Shown: positions 37,474-46,102, counted from the first letter of the stretch. The stretch: DNA of 64,000 bases from a virus (IMGVR_UViG_3300037311_000024:52350-116349), one strand, 5' to 3'. The notes: generated by a model not told the origin, from the sequence alone. Numbers and translations: made by a program.

Positions 37474-38489
37474 TCAACTAATATACCTAGAAACCTACAC
37501 ACATGACGACCCTACAGGGGGTAATAACCTGTTGACCAAACCCAAGCAACCTGGTAAGGTCGTAAGTGAGCCCTGGTCAGTACCGTAGCGTGAGGATAGT
37601 GTGGCGTAGCCAACGGTGTCACCTATCACCAGGCATGGTGTGAGAAAGGAAGTTCATCACCCATGAAGCTCAAACCCGTCACCTGGGTATCGAAGTGGTG
37701 AGGCTGGCTGGCCTTGAAGGACGCAAGTTTGATACCGAGCCGTACTTGCCGTGAGTCCCCTACGACAGTGGGGACACCCACCGCTAGATCACTATCACGC
37801 TTGCAGAAACATTACGCAGAGCGATCCCGAGCCCTCAGACCACCATAAACACCTAGTCCCGTCAAACACTTAGCCACGGGGCGTATAGAGCGTATAACGA
37901 AACATTACGCATGATGGGGTGGGGTTAATATAGTTGACTGGATTAGAGGGGGACTTATAAAAAGGTCCCATGGTGTGGGAGGGAACTAGGTACCCTACAT
38001 GGGGGGTCGGACACAGTGTCAGGGACTACCCCCCCGGCCTATCTATCGGATACCATTAGAGAATAGGCCGCAAGCTTAGGCCTAACGCGGTCTAGGCTTG
38101 ATAATGTATGTTATCGCGCCGGTTATCGGGTTAGACCATGCGTCTAGTTCAACGATTAATCCCATACGTTGGCACGGATCTTGCGTGCGTCGGGATAGTC
38201 CCTAGGCTAACCCCCTAAACCCTAACCCCATACCCTTTCCAGTGATACCAATACCTTAACCCTTGCAAGCCTTAGCCCTAACCCTTTAAACCCCTAAACC
38301 CTAACGCCTAACCTATCGCTAACCCATGCTAGGCCTTGGCACGCTGTATGCATGCGTTATAGGTGTCTAAGCCTTTGACGCATGCCTATAAGTTGTGCAG
38401 CTGATATCCTTAGGGTTTTCCCGTTTTCGCCTATTCCCTTGACGCGTCCGTTATGACCCATCCTTGAAACCCTTAGGGAATATCCCGGC
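37474..38489. other. ~1 kb ORF-free hairpin-rich segment (candidate structured ncRNA or origin/regulatory region)
   Basis: No ORF >=60 aa in any frame; multiple stem-loops (GGGGGG..GACACAGTGTC..CCCCCC, GGCCTAT..ATAGGCC, GGGAC..GTCCC); 13-nt direct repeat GAAACATTACGCA x2. Confidence 0.3.
38207..38334. repeat. degenerate telomere-like (CCCTAA/CTAACC) repeat array
   Basis: about 10 units such as CTAACCCCCTAAACCCTAACCCC ... CCCTAACCCTTTAAACCCCTAAACCCTAACGCCTAACC. Confidence 0.5.
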
Positions 38490-38672
38490 ATGACCCTTGC
38501 TTTCACTATATGCATGAAAGTCTATCAGATTGAACTTGAAAGCGGACGGGTCGAATTTATAAAGGCGTCAACTAGTACGCAAGCGGTCAAGGCGTTATGC
38601 GAGTCTATGCGCAAGCGTGGCCGTCCCGTATATATCAGGGTCAAGCGTATCAGCATGGTTAAGGGTTTTTGA
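38490..38672 (+). CDS. hypothetical protein
   Basis: 60-aa ORF, first gene of GC-rich island. Confidence 0.35.
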   Translation: MTLAFTICMKVYQIELESGRVEFIKASTSTQAVKALCESMRKRGRPVYIRVKRISMVKGF

Positions 38673-38681
38673 TAATAATAC

Positions 38682-38710
38682 TTGACGGGTTTAATAAGGC
38701 TTGATATCCT
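38682..38710 (+). promoter_or_regulatory. island promoter (TAATACTTGACG-17-TATCCT)
   Basis: Near-identical copy at 40962..40990; 21 nt upstream of ATG 38732. Confidence 0.45.
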
Positions 38711-38731
38711 GTTAATGAAAGGTAGGACGTT

Positions 38732-39022
38732 ATGCGTAGATTTTTTTTGATGCGAAAGGTAGACGTTTCCGGGACTAGCGGCGTGGGGGTCGTGGCCGAA
38801 GGGGTCGTATTTGATAACGGCAAGGCCGCCATGACTTGGCTTTCAGACGTCAAGTCGGTTACGTGTTTCGACCGCTTGACCGAAGTTATCAAGATTCACG
38901 GGCACGGCGGCGCGACGGTCATGGTACTGGAAGGCCGCAAGTCGGACGCGAAAGCTTTCGAGTCATGCCTTGACGCGGTACGGGCACGAAAGGCCAAGGC
39001 TAAGCATGCGGGGGTCATATGA
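38732..39022 (+). CDS. hypothetical protein
   Basis: 96-aa ORF, GC-rich codons. Confidence 0.45.
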   Translation: MRRFFLMRKVDVSGTSGVGVVAEGVVFDNGKAAMTWLSDVKSVTCFDRLTEVIKIHGHGGATVMVLEGRKSDAKAFESCLDAVRARKAKAKHAGVI

Positions 39023-39249
39023 TCGACCGAAGGCGTCCCGAAGCGTATAGGCTAAGGGTTTATATCGATGCGATTAAGGAAGTCGAAAGCATGACCGATG
39101 CGGCGTGGCTTGACCGGTACGTGCAAGCGGCCTTGATCAATCGCAATGCGGCATGGTTTCCGCGTTTCGCGTGGCTTGAATATCTTAAGGCTTGCGCCTT
39201 GCGTGAGTCTGAAAGCTTGCTAGCGGCGTCTGAAAGGGACGCGGCCTAG
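39019..39249 (+). CDS. hypothetical protein
   Basis: 76 aa; ATGA overlap. Confidence 0.4.
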   Translation: MIDRRRPEAYRLRVYIDAIKEVESMTDAAWLDRYVQAALINRNAAWFPRFAWLEYLKACALRESESLLAASERDAA

Positions 39250-39262
39250 GCAAAAAAACCCC

Positions 39263-39291
39263 TTGACGGGTCGACCGTCCGGGGATAACCT
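39263..39291 (+). promoter_or_regulatory. island promoter variant (TTGACG-17-TAACCT)
   Basis: Followed by GAAAGGGAAAGGAAAGGGAAAAC RBS region and ATG 39317. Confidence 0.35.
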
Positions 39292-39316
39292 GAAAGGGAA
39301 AGGAAAGGGAAAACGT

Positions 39317-39778
39317 ATGGGATACACTCACTATTGGAACTTTGCGAAAGCGCCGAAGGGCAAGGCGTCGGAAACCGAAGCGGCCTATCAAGCGGCGTTA
39401 ATTGAATGTCAAAGGATCGTCAAGGCCTATTATCGCGAAAACGGCGGCCTTTCAGGCTATACCGCGCACGCTAAAACCGGTCAATACGGCGGCCTTAACG
39501 TCAACGGTAAGGGGGACGATGCGCACGAAACTTTCGCGATGCGGGAACACTTCAGCGAAAACGACGGTTTCGGTTTTTGTAAGACGGCGCGGAAACCCTA
39601 TGACGTCGTCGTGACGGCATGCCTTGCCGTGCTAGCGTACCGCTTGCCGGGACTAGTCACGGTATCAAGCGACGGACGGCCTAAAGACTGGACCGAAGGC
39701 GTGGCGCTTGCGCGAAAGGTGTTAAGGCGAAAGGTACCTAACCCGATCGGCGGCGAGTCTGAAGCTAAGGCCGCCTAA
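39317..39778 (+). CDS. hypothetical protein
   Basis: Internal ATG 39317 preceded by GAAAGGGAAAACGT; MGYTHYW... Confidence 0.45.
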   Translation: MGYTHYWNFAKAPKGKASETEAAYQAALIECQRIVKAYYRENGGLSGYTAHAKTGQYGGLNVNGKGDDAHETFAMREHFSENDGFGFCKTARKPYDVVVTACLAVLAYRLPGLVTVSSDGRPKDWTEGVALARKVLRRKVPNPIGGESEAKAA

Positions 39779-39889
39779 GGTTTAGACGATCGTCTAAAAG
39801 TTATGCGCCGTTTTTGTCACGGCGCTAACGATATCAACGGGTTAAGCGTGGCACAGGCCTTGCTTGATCATAACTGAAAGGGAAAACAT

Positions 39890-40018
39890 ATGACTAACTT
39901 GATGATGACCGAAACCGTCCGAAACCTTGAGACCGTGTTAACCGTGACCTATGTCATCGTGACCATATCCATGGGGGTCATGGTCGCGGGTATCGTGGCG
40001 AGTTTCAGAAAAGAATAG
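39890..40018 (+). CDS. small hydrophobic peptide (42 aa)
   Basis: Preceded by CTGAAAGGGAAAACATATG; MTNL start duplicated from next gene; one TM. Confidence 0.3.
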   Translation: MTNLMMTETVRNLETVLTVTYVIVTISMGVMVAGIVASFRKE

Positions 40019-40091
40019 TTGACTAAACGCATAGGCCTTGAGATCATAAAACTAAGCCGGGGATGATCCCGGCGCATGAAAGGGAAAACAT

Positions 40092-40907
40092 ATGACTAAC
40101 TTAATCCTGAACACTAACCCGATCGAAGCGGTCAACCCCGCGTCTCACCTTAACCCCGAAACGTACGGTTTCACGTCGACGCGTGAGATTCTAGACGCTT
40201 TCGCGGCGCATGGATGGACGCCGGTTTCGAAGCAAGTTGCACGCGTCCGAAACTCGGACCGCCAAGGGTTTCAAAAACACCTTATCCGACTTGAAAACCC
40301 CGCGTTTCAAGGTATCGAAGGCCTTTCGAGCGGTAACGCTTCCCGGCCTCAACTTGTAGTCCTAAACTCACATGACGGGTCGTCTAGCCTACAGATTTTT
40401 TGGGGGTTAGTCCGCATCGCGTGCCTTAACGGTATCATTGCGGGGTCGTCGCTTTCGAGTTTCCGCTTGATTCACTCTAAGCGAGTCACGGACCGCTTGC
40501 CCGAAGCGATAGAACACCTAGTCGGAAACTTCCCGGCCTTTATCAGTCAAGTTCAAAGCTTGCAAGGCCTCAAGTTTTCCGACGCGGCCTTGACCGAACT
40601 AGTCCGGACCGTGTACGATGCACGCTTGCAAGGCGTCGGGAAGGTGTTAGCGGTCGACTATTCCTTGCCTAACCTTGCACGCGCCGAAGATAACGCGACG
40701 GACGCCTTCACGGTTTTTAACCGTGTTCAGGAAGTTCTAATCCGTGGCGGTATCCGGTACCGCGCCGAAAGGAATAGGCTTGACGATAACGGGCAAGTTA
40801 TCGAGACGCGCATCGTCGACGCTAAGACTCGAAAACTTTCGAGCGTCACGCAACAAGTCAATCTAAACCGTGTCGTGTATGACACGGCCTTGAAGCTTGC
40901 GGCCTAA
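40092..40907 (+). CDS. DUF932-like phage/plasmid protein (putative)
   Basis: 271 aa; LNSHDGSSSL...RIACLNGII block resembles DUF932 family; uncertain. Confidence 0.35.
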   Translation: MTNLILNTNPIEAVNPASHLNPETYGFTSTREILDAFAAHGWTPVSKQVARVRNSDRQGFQKHLIRLENPAFQGIEGLSSGNASRPQLVVLNSHDGSSSLQIFWGLVRIACLNGIIAGSSLSSFRLIHSKRVTDRLPEAIEHLVGNFPAFISQVQSLQGLKFSDAALTELVRTVYDARLQGVGKVLAVDYSLPNLARAEDNATDAFTVFNRVQEVLIRGGIRYRAERNRLDDNGQVIETRIVDAKTRKLSSVTQQVNLNRVVYDTALKLAA

Positions 40908-40913
40908 CTGAAA

Positions 40914-40957
40914 ACCGGCGGCGTCGGGGTCAAAAAACCCCGGCGCTTGCCGTTTTA
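40914..40957 (+). terminator. intrinsic terminator
   Basis: GGCGTCGGGG-loop-CCCCGGCGC then TTGCCGTTTT. Confidence 0.4.
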
Positions 40958-40961
40958 ATAC

Positions 40962-40990
40962 TTGACTAGTTTTATAGGCCTTGATATCCT
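40962..40990 (+). promoter_or_regulatory. island promoter (TAATACTTGACT-17-TATCCT)
   Basis: Duplicate of the 38682 element; 21 nt upstream of ATG 41011. Confidence 0.45.
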
Positions 40991-41010
40991 GAAAGCGAAA
41001 GGGAAAACAT

Positions 41011-41727
41011 ATGCAAAAAATTATAGGTTTCGAAAACGCGAAAACTTCTAAGGGTACCGCGCACGGGTACCTAACCGGTATCGTCTACCTTGCGCCGTAT
41101 AACCTAAGCGGCGTCAACTTGTGCCCGAAGGCGTCTAAGGGATGCGCGGCGGCGTGCCTTTACACGGCGGGTCGTGGCGCTTTCAAGTCGATTCAAGCGG
41201 CGCGTATGGCAAAAACTCAATGGTTTTTGAATGACCGCGCCGGTTTCGTCGATCAACTTAAGCGTGAGATTAAGGCCGCGCAAAAACGCGCCGCGAAACT
41301 AGGCCTTAAGCTTGCGATAAGACTCAACGGGACGTCGGATATCGTATGGGAAAGGATAACGGACGTTATCCAAAGTTTTCCGGACGTGCAATTCTATGAC
41401 TATACAAAAATCGCAAAGCGTTTCCTTTGGGACCGTCCCGCTAACTATGACTTGACGTTTTCCCTTTCAGAGGATAACGAAACGGACGCCGCTTTCGTGC
41501 TAGCGCGTGGCGGTCGGGTCGCGGCGGTTTTCCGTGACCGAAACTTTCCCGCGTCGTTCTTAGGCGTGCCCGTGGTATCAGGCGATGACCATGACTTGCG
41601 TTTCCTAGACGCGTCCGGGGTCGTTGTCGGACTATACGCGAAAGGCAAGGCGCGAAAGGATGCGTCGGGTTTCGTACGGGATACCGAAACCGCGAAAGGA
41701 TGCGACGGCCTCAAGGCCGCCGCTTAA
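41011..41727 (+). CDS. hypothetical protein with N...CPKASKGCAAACLY motif (possibly Gp37/Gp68-DUF5131-like)
   Basis: 238 aa; Cys-x5-GC-x3-C arrangement near N-terminus as in that phage family; uncertain. Confidence 0.35.
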   Translation: MQKIIGFENAKTSKGTAHGYLTGIVYLAPYNLSGVNLCPKASKGCAAACLYTAGRGAFKSIQAARMAKTQWFLNDRAGFVDQLKREIKAAQKRAAKLGLKLAIRLNGTSDIVWERITDVIQSFPDVQFYDYTKIAKRFLWDRPANYDLTFSLSEDNETDAAFVLARGGRVAAVFRDRNFPASFLGVPVVSGDDHDLRFLDASGVVVGLYAKGKARKDASGFVRDTETAKGCDGLKAAA

Positions 41728-41739
41728 GGGGGTCAAGTC

Positions 41740-41937
41740 ATGACCGCGTCAAAGCTTGATCAACTTAACCAACTAAGGCAAGCAATACATAACTTGCGCA
41801 TGCGGTTTCCGATCGGTATCAAGTCGATCACCGACGCGCACGACGCTAAGCTTGACCGCTTGCAAAAACTGCTAGAACTTCAGACGAAAGGGGTTAACCA
41901 TGAAAGCAAAAAACAAAAACGAAACGCTAACACTTGA
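41740..41937 (+). CDS. hypothetical protein
   Basis: 65-aa ORF. Confidence 0.35.
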   Translation: MTASKLDQLNQLRQAIHNLRMRFPIGIKSITDAHDAKLDRLQKLLELQTKGVNHESKKQKRNANT

Positions 41938-42067
41938 AACGCTGAAACGCTTAGTTTCAGACTTTCCCGGCCTATCGGACGGGGAAACCGAAGTCAACGG
42001 CGCGGACCTAGTCGACGCCTTGACCGAAGCGGTCGAAAACTTGAAACGGAAAGGGGTTAAGTTATGA
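41900..42067 (+). CDS. hypothetical acidic protein (55 aa)
   Basis: Preceded by GAAAGGGGTTAACC; ATGA overlap with next ORF; overlaps previous ORF by 38 nt. Confidence 0.25.
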   Translation: MKAKNKNETLTLETLKRLVSDFPGLSDGETEVNGADLVDALTEAVENLKRKGVKL

Positions 42068-42297
42068 CGGTCAATCGGGTTTATATCGTGCGACGCGGTC
42101 CCGTGCATCGTCGCCTTAGGGTTAAGATTGACGGGAAAACGTACACTTGCGGTCAATCGGTACGATGCGCAAGCGGCGCGGCGTTTTATATCCACGCGAT
42201 ACATGCAAGCGGACTAGTCGAATTCAGGACGTCGCATGGGTTAGGGTTTTCGATCGAAACGAAAGGGGTTAGTCATGGTCAAAGTTCTATCGGTTAA
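42064..42297 (+). CDS. hypothetical protein
   Basis: 77-aa ORF preceded by GGAAAGGGGTTAAGTT. Confidence 0.4.
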   Translation: MTVNRVYIVRRGPVHRRLRVKIDGKTYTCGQSVRCASGAAFYIHAIHASGLVEFRTSHGLGFSIETKGVSHGQSSIG

Positions 42298-42409
42298 GCG
42301 ACGCGACGCGTCGACGGTTATGGTCAAGGTTTCGGTACCCTTCGAAGCGTGAAAACACGCGGCGAAAACCGGAAACCTAGGTTTTCTCTATGGGGTCGAT
42401 ATCTCAAAC

Positions 42410-42643
42410 TTGATCTATAGGACGCACGGGGTCGCGGCGTATAACCCGACCGTGGACGATACCGCGAAACCGTCAAGCGGGGTCAAGGTCATTGACCTAT
42501 ACTATCAGGACGCCGCATGGGTCGAAAGGCCGCTAGCGGACGTTATCCGGGTTGACTTCAAAGCACGGCGGCGCATAACCGAAGGCGAGACCGCGCAAGC
42601 GCTCGAAACCTTGCCGAAGGGTACCGGGAAAGGGTTAGCATGA
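42410..42643 (+). CDS. hypothetical protein
   Basis: TTG start; 77 aa. Confidence 0.3.
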   Translation: MIYRTHGVAAYNPTVDDTAKPSSGVKVIDLYYQDAAWVERPLADVIRVDFKARRRITEGETAQALETLPKGTGKGLA

Positions 42644-42879
42644 GACCGCGCAAGCTTCGAAAGCTTAAGGCCTTGCATGCCGCTTTCATGCAAGCGATTA
42701 TCGACCGCGCCGATACCGAAGCGGCGGACTATTGGAAGCGTGAAAACTTCAGGTTTCAGCATGGGGTTAACCCCCCGACGTCCGAAGCGGTTAAGCGGTC
42801 GGCGGCAAGGCTAGACGCCACGCGGGACGCCTTGCGCCGCGCATGGGGTCATGACCGAAGGCCTCAAGGGAAAGGATGA
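42640..42879 (+). CDS. hypothetical basic protein
   Basis: ATGA overlap; 79 aa. Confidence 0.4.
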   Translation: MRPRKLRKLKALHAAFMQAIIDRADTEAADYWKRENFRFQHGVNPPTSEAVKRSAARLDATRDALRRAWGHDRRPQGKG

Positions 42880-42882
42880 CTC

Positions 42883-43263
42883 ATGGGATACAAGAACTAT
42901 GCCAGTCAAGAATCGTGCCAAGACGGGGACCGTGTCACGGAAGACGCACGTCAAGCCGGACATGGGTCCGATCCGACACGTGTCACCGATGACACAGGTC
43001 AACTTGGACGCGTGTCCGACGAGACACAGGACGCCTTTGCAATGCTCGTGCCAGCCCGAGATTTTAAGCTTGGCACGCGATATGCAGGGACTCCCGTCGG
43101 AGAGTTTCAGCGCGACGCGGACGGTCGCTATTGGTGGCGACGGGTAGACGGCTCTATCATGGAAGTTTTCCCCCATCCTTCGGCATTGTTCATGCCTTTG
43201 AAAGCGGGGGGATCGGTAGCGGACCCGTATCATGGAGAACTAGACACGCGGGGAGACGCCTAG
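42883..43263 (+). CDS. hypothetical protein
   Basis: 126 aa, MGY start like 39317. Confidence 0.4.
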   Translation: MGYKNYASQESCQDGDRVTEDARQAGHGSDPTRVTDDTGQLGRVSDETQDAFAMLVPARDFKLGTRYAGTPVGEFQRDADGRYWWRRVDGSIMEVFPHPSALFMPLKAGGSVADPYHGELDTRGDA

Positions 43264-43342
43264 CGTAGAGAATTCAGCACGCGGGGAGAATCACCCTATA
43301 GAGAACTCTGTAGGTGGGTAAGATCGGACACCCCACCCCCTA

Positions 43343-43370
43343 TAGAGAACTTAACAAGCGGGGAGAATCG
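43343..43370 (+). promoter_or_regulatory. conserved upstream motif TAGAGAACTTAACAAGCGGGGAGAATCG (class-2 promoter/leader candidate)
   Basis: Near-identical 28-mers at 47231..47258 and 49080..49107; degenerate copy 43281..43310. Confidence 0.4.
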
Positions 43371-43379
43371 AGGTTTCAC

Positions 43380-43586
43380 ATGTTTAAGAGTTTCCCATAC
43401 CCTAACGCCACGCCTTCAAAGGTTCGCATGGTATACGACGCCGCACGACTCCTAGGCTATCCCGCGCCTTCCTACCTGAAAGCTCAGGAAGCGGCGCACA
43501 AGTTCACAGCTGAGGAACTCGAAAGGCTAGTCCGCATCGGTTCACGTCGAAAACTTGCGAGAACACGCTTGACCGTGGTCAAGTAG
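43380..43586 (+). CDS. hypothetical protein
   Basis: ATG 43380 follows conserved motif (MFKSFPYPNATPSK...). Confidence 0.4.
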   Translation: MFKSFPYPNATPSKVRMVYDAARLLGYPAPSYLKAQEAAHKFTAEELERLVRIGSRRKLARTRLTVVK

Positions 43587-43640
43587 TTTGATAAGGTGAG
43601 TCTATCCCCGAGACGTTCCCCCTAACGTCTCTCCCCCCGA

Positions 43641-43690
43641 CCCCTGAGAGGTTCCCCCCCCCCCCTTTCGCCTCTCGGGGGTTTTTTTTG
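43641..43690 (+). terminator. strong intrinsic terminator with C11 tract
   Basis: CCCCTGAGAGG-18 nt C-rich loop-CCTCTCGGGGG then TTTTTTTT. Confidence 0.55.
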
Positions 43691-43734
43691 TCCTTAGACT
43701 TACTGTCAAACATCTTTACAGCTGCTGAAAAGTT

Positions 43735-43830
43735 CGACGACATACCGACGACACGGCCTAAGGATTTCAAATACTTACAGCTGGCACGGTCGATGCATTA
43801 ACTATCTGTAACGGCGACGACATACCGACG
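43735..43830. repeat. 16-nt direct repeat CGACGACATACCGACG x2 (plus TTACAGCTG x2)
   Basis: Copies at 43735-43750 and 43815-43830. Confidence 0.5.
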
Positions 43831-43851
43831 CCGCAAACGAAAGGACCGAAC

Positions 43852-44022
43852 ATGGGAAACAAGATCAAAGGTTACGAGTGGGAAGGCATGAGTCTTGCAA
43901 TGTACGCCGAGGGTAACACCTTCCGCGTGGTGTCGATCTGCGACGGTTTTCGTAGCGACAAGATTTTTATTGACTACTCGGAAGCCTCAAGTTACTTTGA
44001 TGGTGTACTCACGGGGAACTAA
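43852..44022 (+). CDS. hypothetical protein (56 aa)
   Basis: GAAAGGACCGAAC RBS; not in ORF track. Confidence 0.3.
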   Translation: MGNKIKGYEWEGMSLAMYAEGNTFRVVSICDGFRSDKIFIDYSEASSYFDGVLTGN

Positions 44023-44043
44023 TCCTAACGAAAGGGAAAGAAT

Positions 44044-46074
44044 ATGAGACTAGCACAGCACGCAAACAAGCTCGAAACTAACGTCCAGGTTGAAAGTCAA
44101 AACTTCGGAATCGGTGACGCATCGGTCGTCATCGAGATCTTGAGAAACCGACTCTATCAGCATAAGATTCGCACGCTCGTTCAAGAGTATATCTGTAACG
44201 CGAGGGATGCCCATAGAGAAGTTGACTCGCGGGAAAAATTGATCGTGACGGTACCTAACCGCTTGAATCCTATCTTTAAGGTTCGAGACTTCGGTCCTGG
44301 TATCTCTCCCGACCGCATGCGCGACGTGTTCATCATGTACGGCGCTAGCACTAAGCGCGGGACTAACAAGCAGACCGGCGGTTTCGGCATCGGTGCAAAG
44401 TCAGCATGGAGCTACACCGACTCTTTCACGATCGTGTCGATCACCGAAGGCAAGCGTCGCACCTACGTGGCGCATACCGGAGTGAACAACAACGGACGCC
44501 TTGACCTCATCGAGACCGTCGACACGGACGAGCCTAACGGCACCGAGATTCAGGTTTCCGTCAAGCCTAGCGACCTCGAAGAGTTTAAGAACTCAGTGCT
44601 CCGAGCTATCCACTTCTGGCCTCAAAAACCTACGCTCAAGGGTTTGGTGGACGCTCCTACTGACTCAGGCTTACAGCAAGGTCTGAGCCTTGAACTCGGA
44701 AAGCACTTCGAACTCGTGACCGGACTCCCATGGTACGTATCAGGTTCGAACTCATACAGCCGTGACCTAATCGCGGTCATCGATGGAGTACCTTACGCTA
44801 TCAATAGAGAACTTCGCGAGCGGGTAGCTTCGCTTGATGAACTCGCTACCTTGTGCCGTCAGCACATGATCTTTCACGTAGGTAACGGACTCATCGAAGT
44901 TTCGGCGTCCCGTGAATCTATCGCGGACTCAAAGCAGACGATCGAAGCGCTTGACAAGCTTGCCTCTGCAGCTATCAAGGAAGTGAAAGCCTACGTCAAG
45001 GCCGAGTTTGACAAGGTGAGATCGGTTCACGATTTCATGGGTACGTATTCCCGACTAGAAAAGTACGTTACGCTTGACGCGAGCCTCGCTGAGTTTCAAG
45101 GCTACAAGATCGAACGCGGAGCCATGAGTAACGCTACGCTTGAGCCTCACTACTTGAAGGAGACCGTATCGCCTCAGTATCGCAGTAACTCGGTGGCCGA
45201 CGGCGTGCGTCGTAACGACAAGACCTCGAAACCCTTCGCGCTTGCAGACTACGGAAACATCTACTACGTCGACGTGGTGGAGTCTCGGGTCATCGAGAAT
45301 CGTCGCCTACGCACTATCCTGGCAACGGCTCGAAACGGTTTCGTACTGATCAAGAAGCACGACAAGAGCGACCCTAAGCTTTGGAATCAGCTGATCACGG
45401 ACCTCAACGCTATCCCGCTTTCAAGTGTTCAGATGACGAAAGCCGCTCCGGTTCAGCGAGTCGCTAAGGCCGTAACCGAGATCACGGTTCACATCCCACG
45501 GTCTAACAATCGCGAGACGGCGACCATCAACATAACTTCCAGCATGCACGACTACGTGTACGTGGAAACGCAAGCCGGTGAGTTTTTGGGATACCGACGC
45601 GAAGACCTCACAGATCTTGCCCGGTATCTCGATCAGCACCACGGCGTCAAGCTCGTAGGCTTGGCACCTTTGACGATCAAGAAGGTCCAAGGTCTGAGCA
45701 ACTTCCAGTCTCTCGAAAGTTTCTGGAAGGCGTACAAGCCTGAGACTAAGGACCTACGCATCGCGAAGCGTACACTTTCGAAGAGCTTCGAGATCATGTC
45801 GGCTCTTAGTAAAGGTCCGAAGACGCGCTGTAAGTTCTTCTCAAAGATGCAGCTGGAGTATGCAGACATCGCAAGCTTTGCGAACGAGAGTACTCCTAAG
45901 ATCATGATCAAGGTTCTTGAGAAGCTCGACGAGGTTAAAGACTTCGTAGAGAACGACTCCAAGCTCCAAGGTCAGATCGAAACTAAGTACAAGCTGCTCA
46001 AGATGTTTGACGCTTATAACCGATTCCGTGGAGATTCTGCAGAGTGGGTTGAATATATTAACGCTAAGTCCTAA
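44044..46074 (+). CDS. GHKL-ATPase domain protein, rIIA-like
   Basis: N-box YICNARDAH, G1 DFGPGIS, G2 GGFGIGAKSAW; 676 aa; followed by partner gene. Confidence 0.5.
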   Translation: MRLAQHANKLETNVQVESQNFGIGDASVVIEILRNRLYQHKIRTLVQEYICNARDAHREVDSREKLIVTVPNRLNPIFKVRDFGPGISPDRMRDVFIMYGASTKRGTNKQTGGFGIGAKSAWSYTDSFTIVSITEGKRRTYVAHTGVNNNGRLDLIETVDTDEPNGTEIQVSVKPSDLEEFKNSVLRAIHFWPQKPTLKGLVDAPTDSGLQQGLSLELGKHFELVTGLPWYVSGSNSYSRDLIAVIDGVPYAINRELRERVASLDELATLCRQHMIFHVGNGLIEVSASRESIADSKQTIEALDKLASAAIKEVKAYVKAEFDKVRSVHDFMGTYSRLEKYVTLDASLAEFQGYKIERGAMSNATLEPHYLKETVSPQYRSNSVADGVRRNDKTSKPFALADYGNIYYVDVVESRVIENRRLRTILATARNGFVLIKKHDKSDPKLWNQLITDLNAIPLSSVQMTKAAPVQRVAKAVTEITVHIPRSNNRETATINITSSMHDYVYVETQAGEFLGYRREDLTDLARYLDQHHGVKLVGLAPLTIKKVQGLSNFQSLESFWKAYKPETKDLRIAKRTLSKSFEIMSALSKGPKTRCKFFSKMQLEYADIASFANESTPKIMIKVLEKLDEVKDFVENDSKLQGQIETKYKLLKMFDAYNRFRGDSAEWVEYINAKS

Positions 46075-46102
46075 ATAGAGAACGAAAGAAGAGGGTAAAA
46101 TC

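Noticed and set aside
38207-38334. Interpretation of the CCCTAA-like array as a true linear-plasmid or phage telomere
   Set aside because: No protelomerase (TelN/TelK-like) or palindromic telRL site is present in the window; kept as a repeat or binding array instead
39300-42290. Repeated GAAAGGGAAAACATATG and GAAAGGGGTTA elements as a possible CRISPR-like array
   Set aside because: Irregular spacing of 200-900 nt, each copy directly abuts a start codon, and no cas genes are present; these are translation-initiation cassettes
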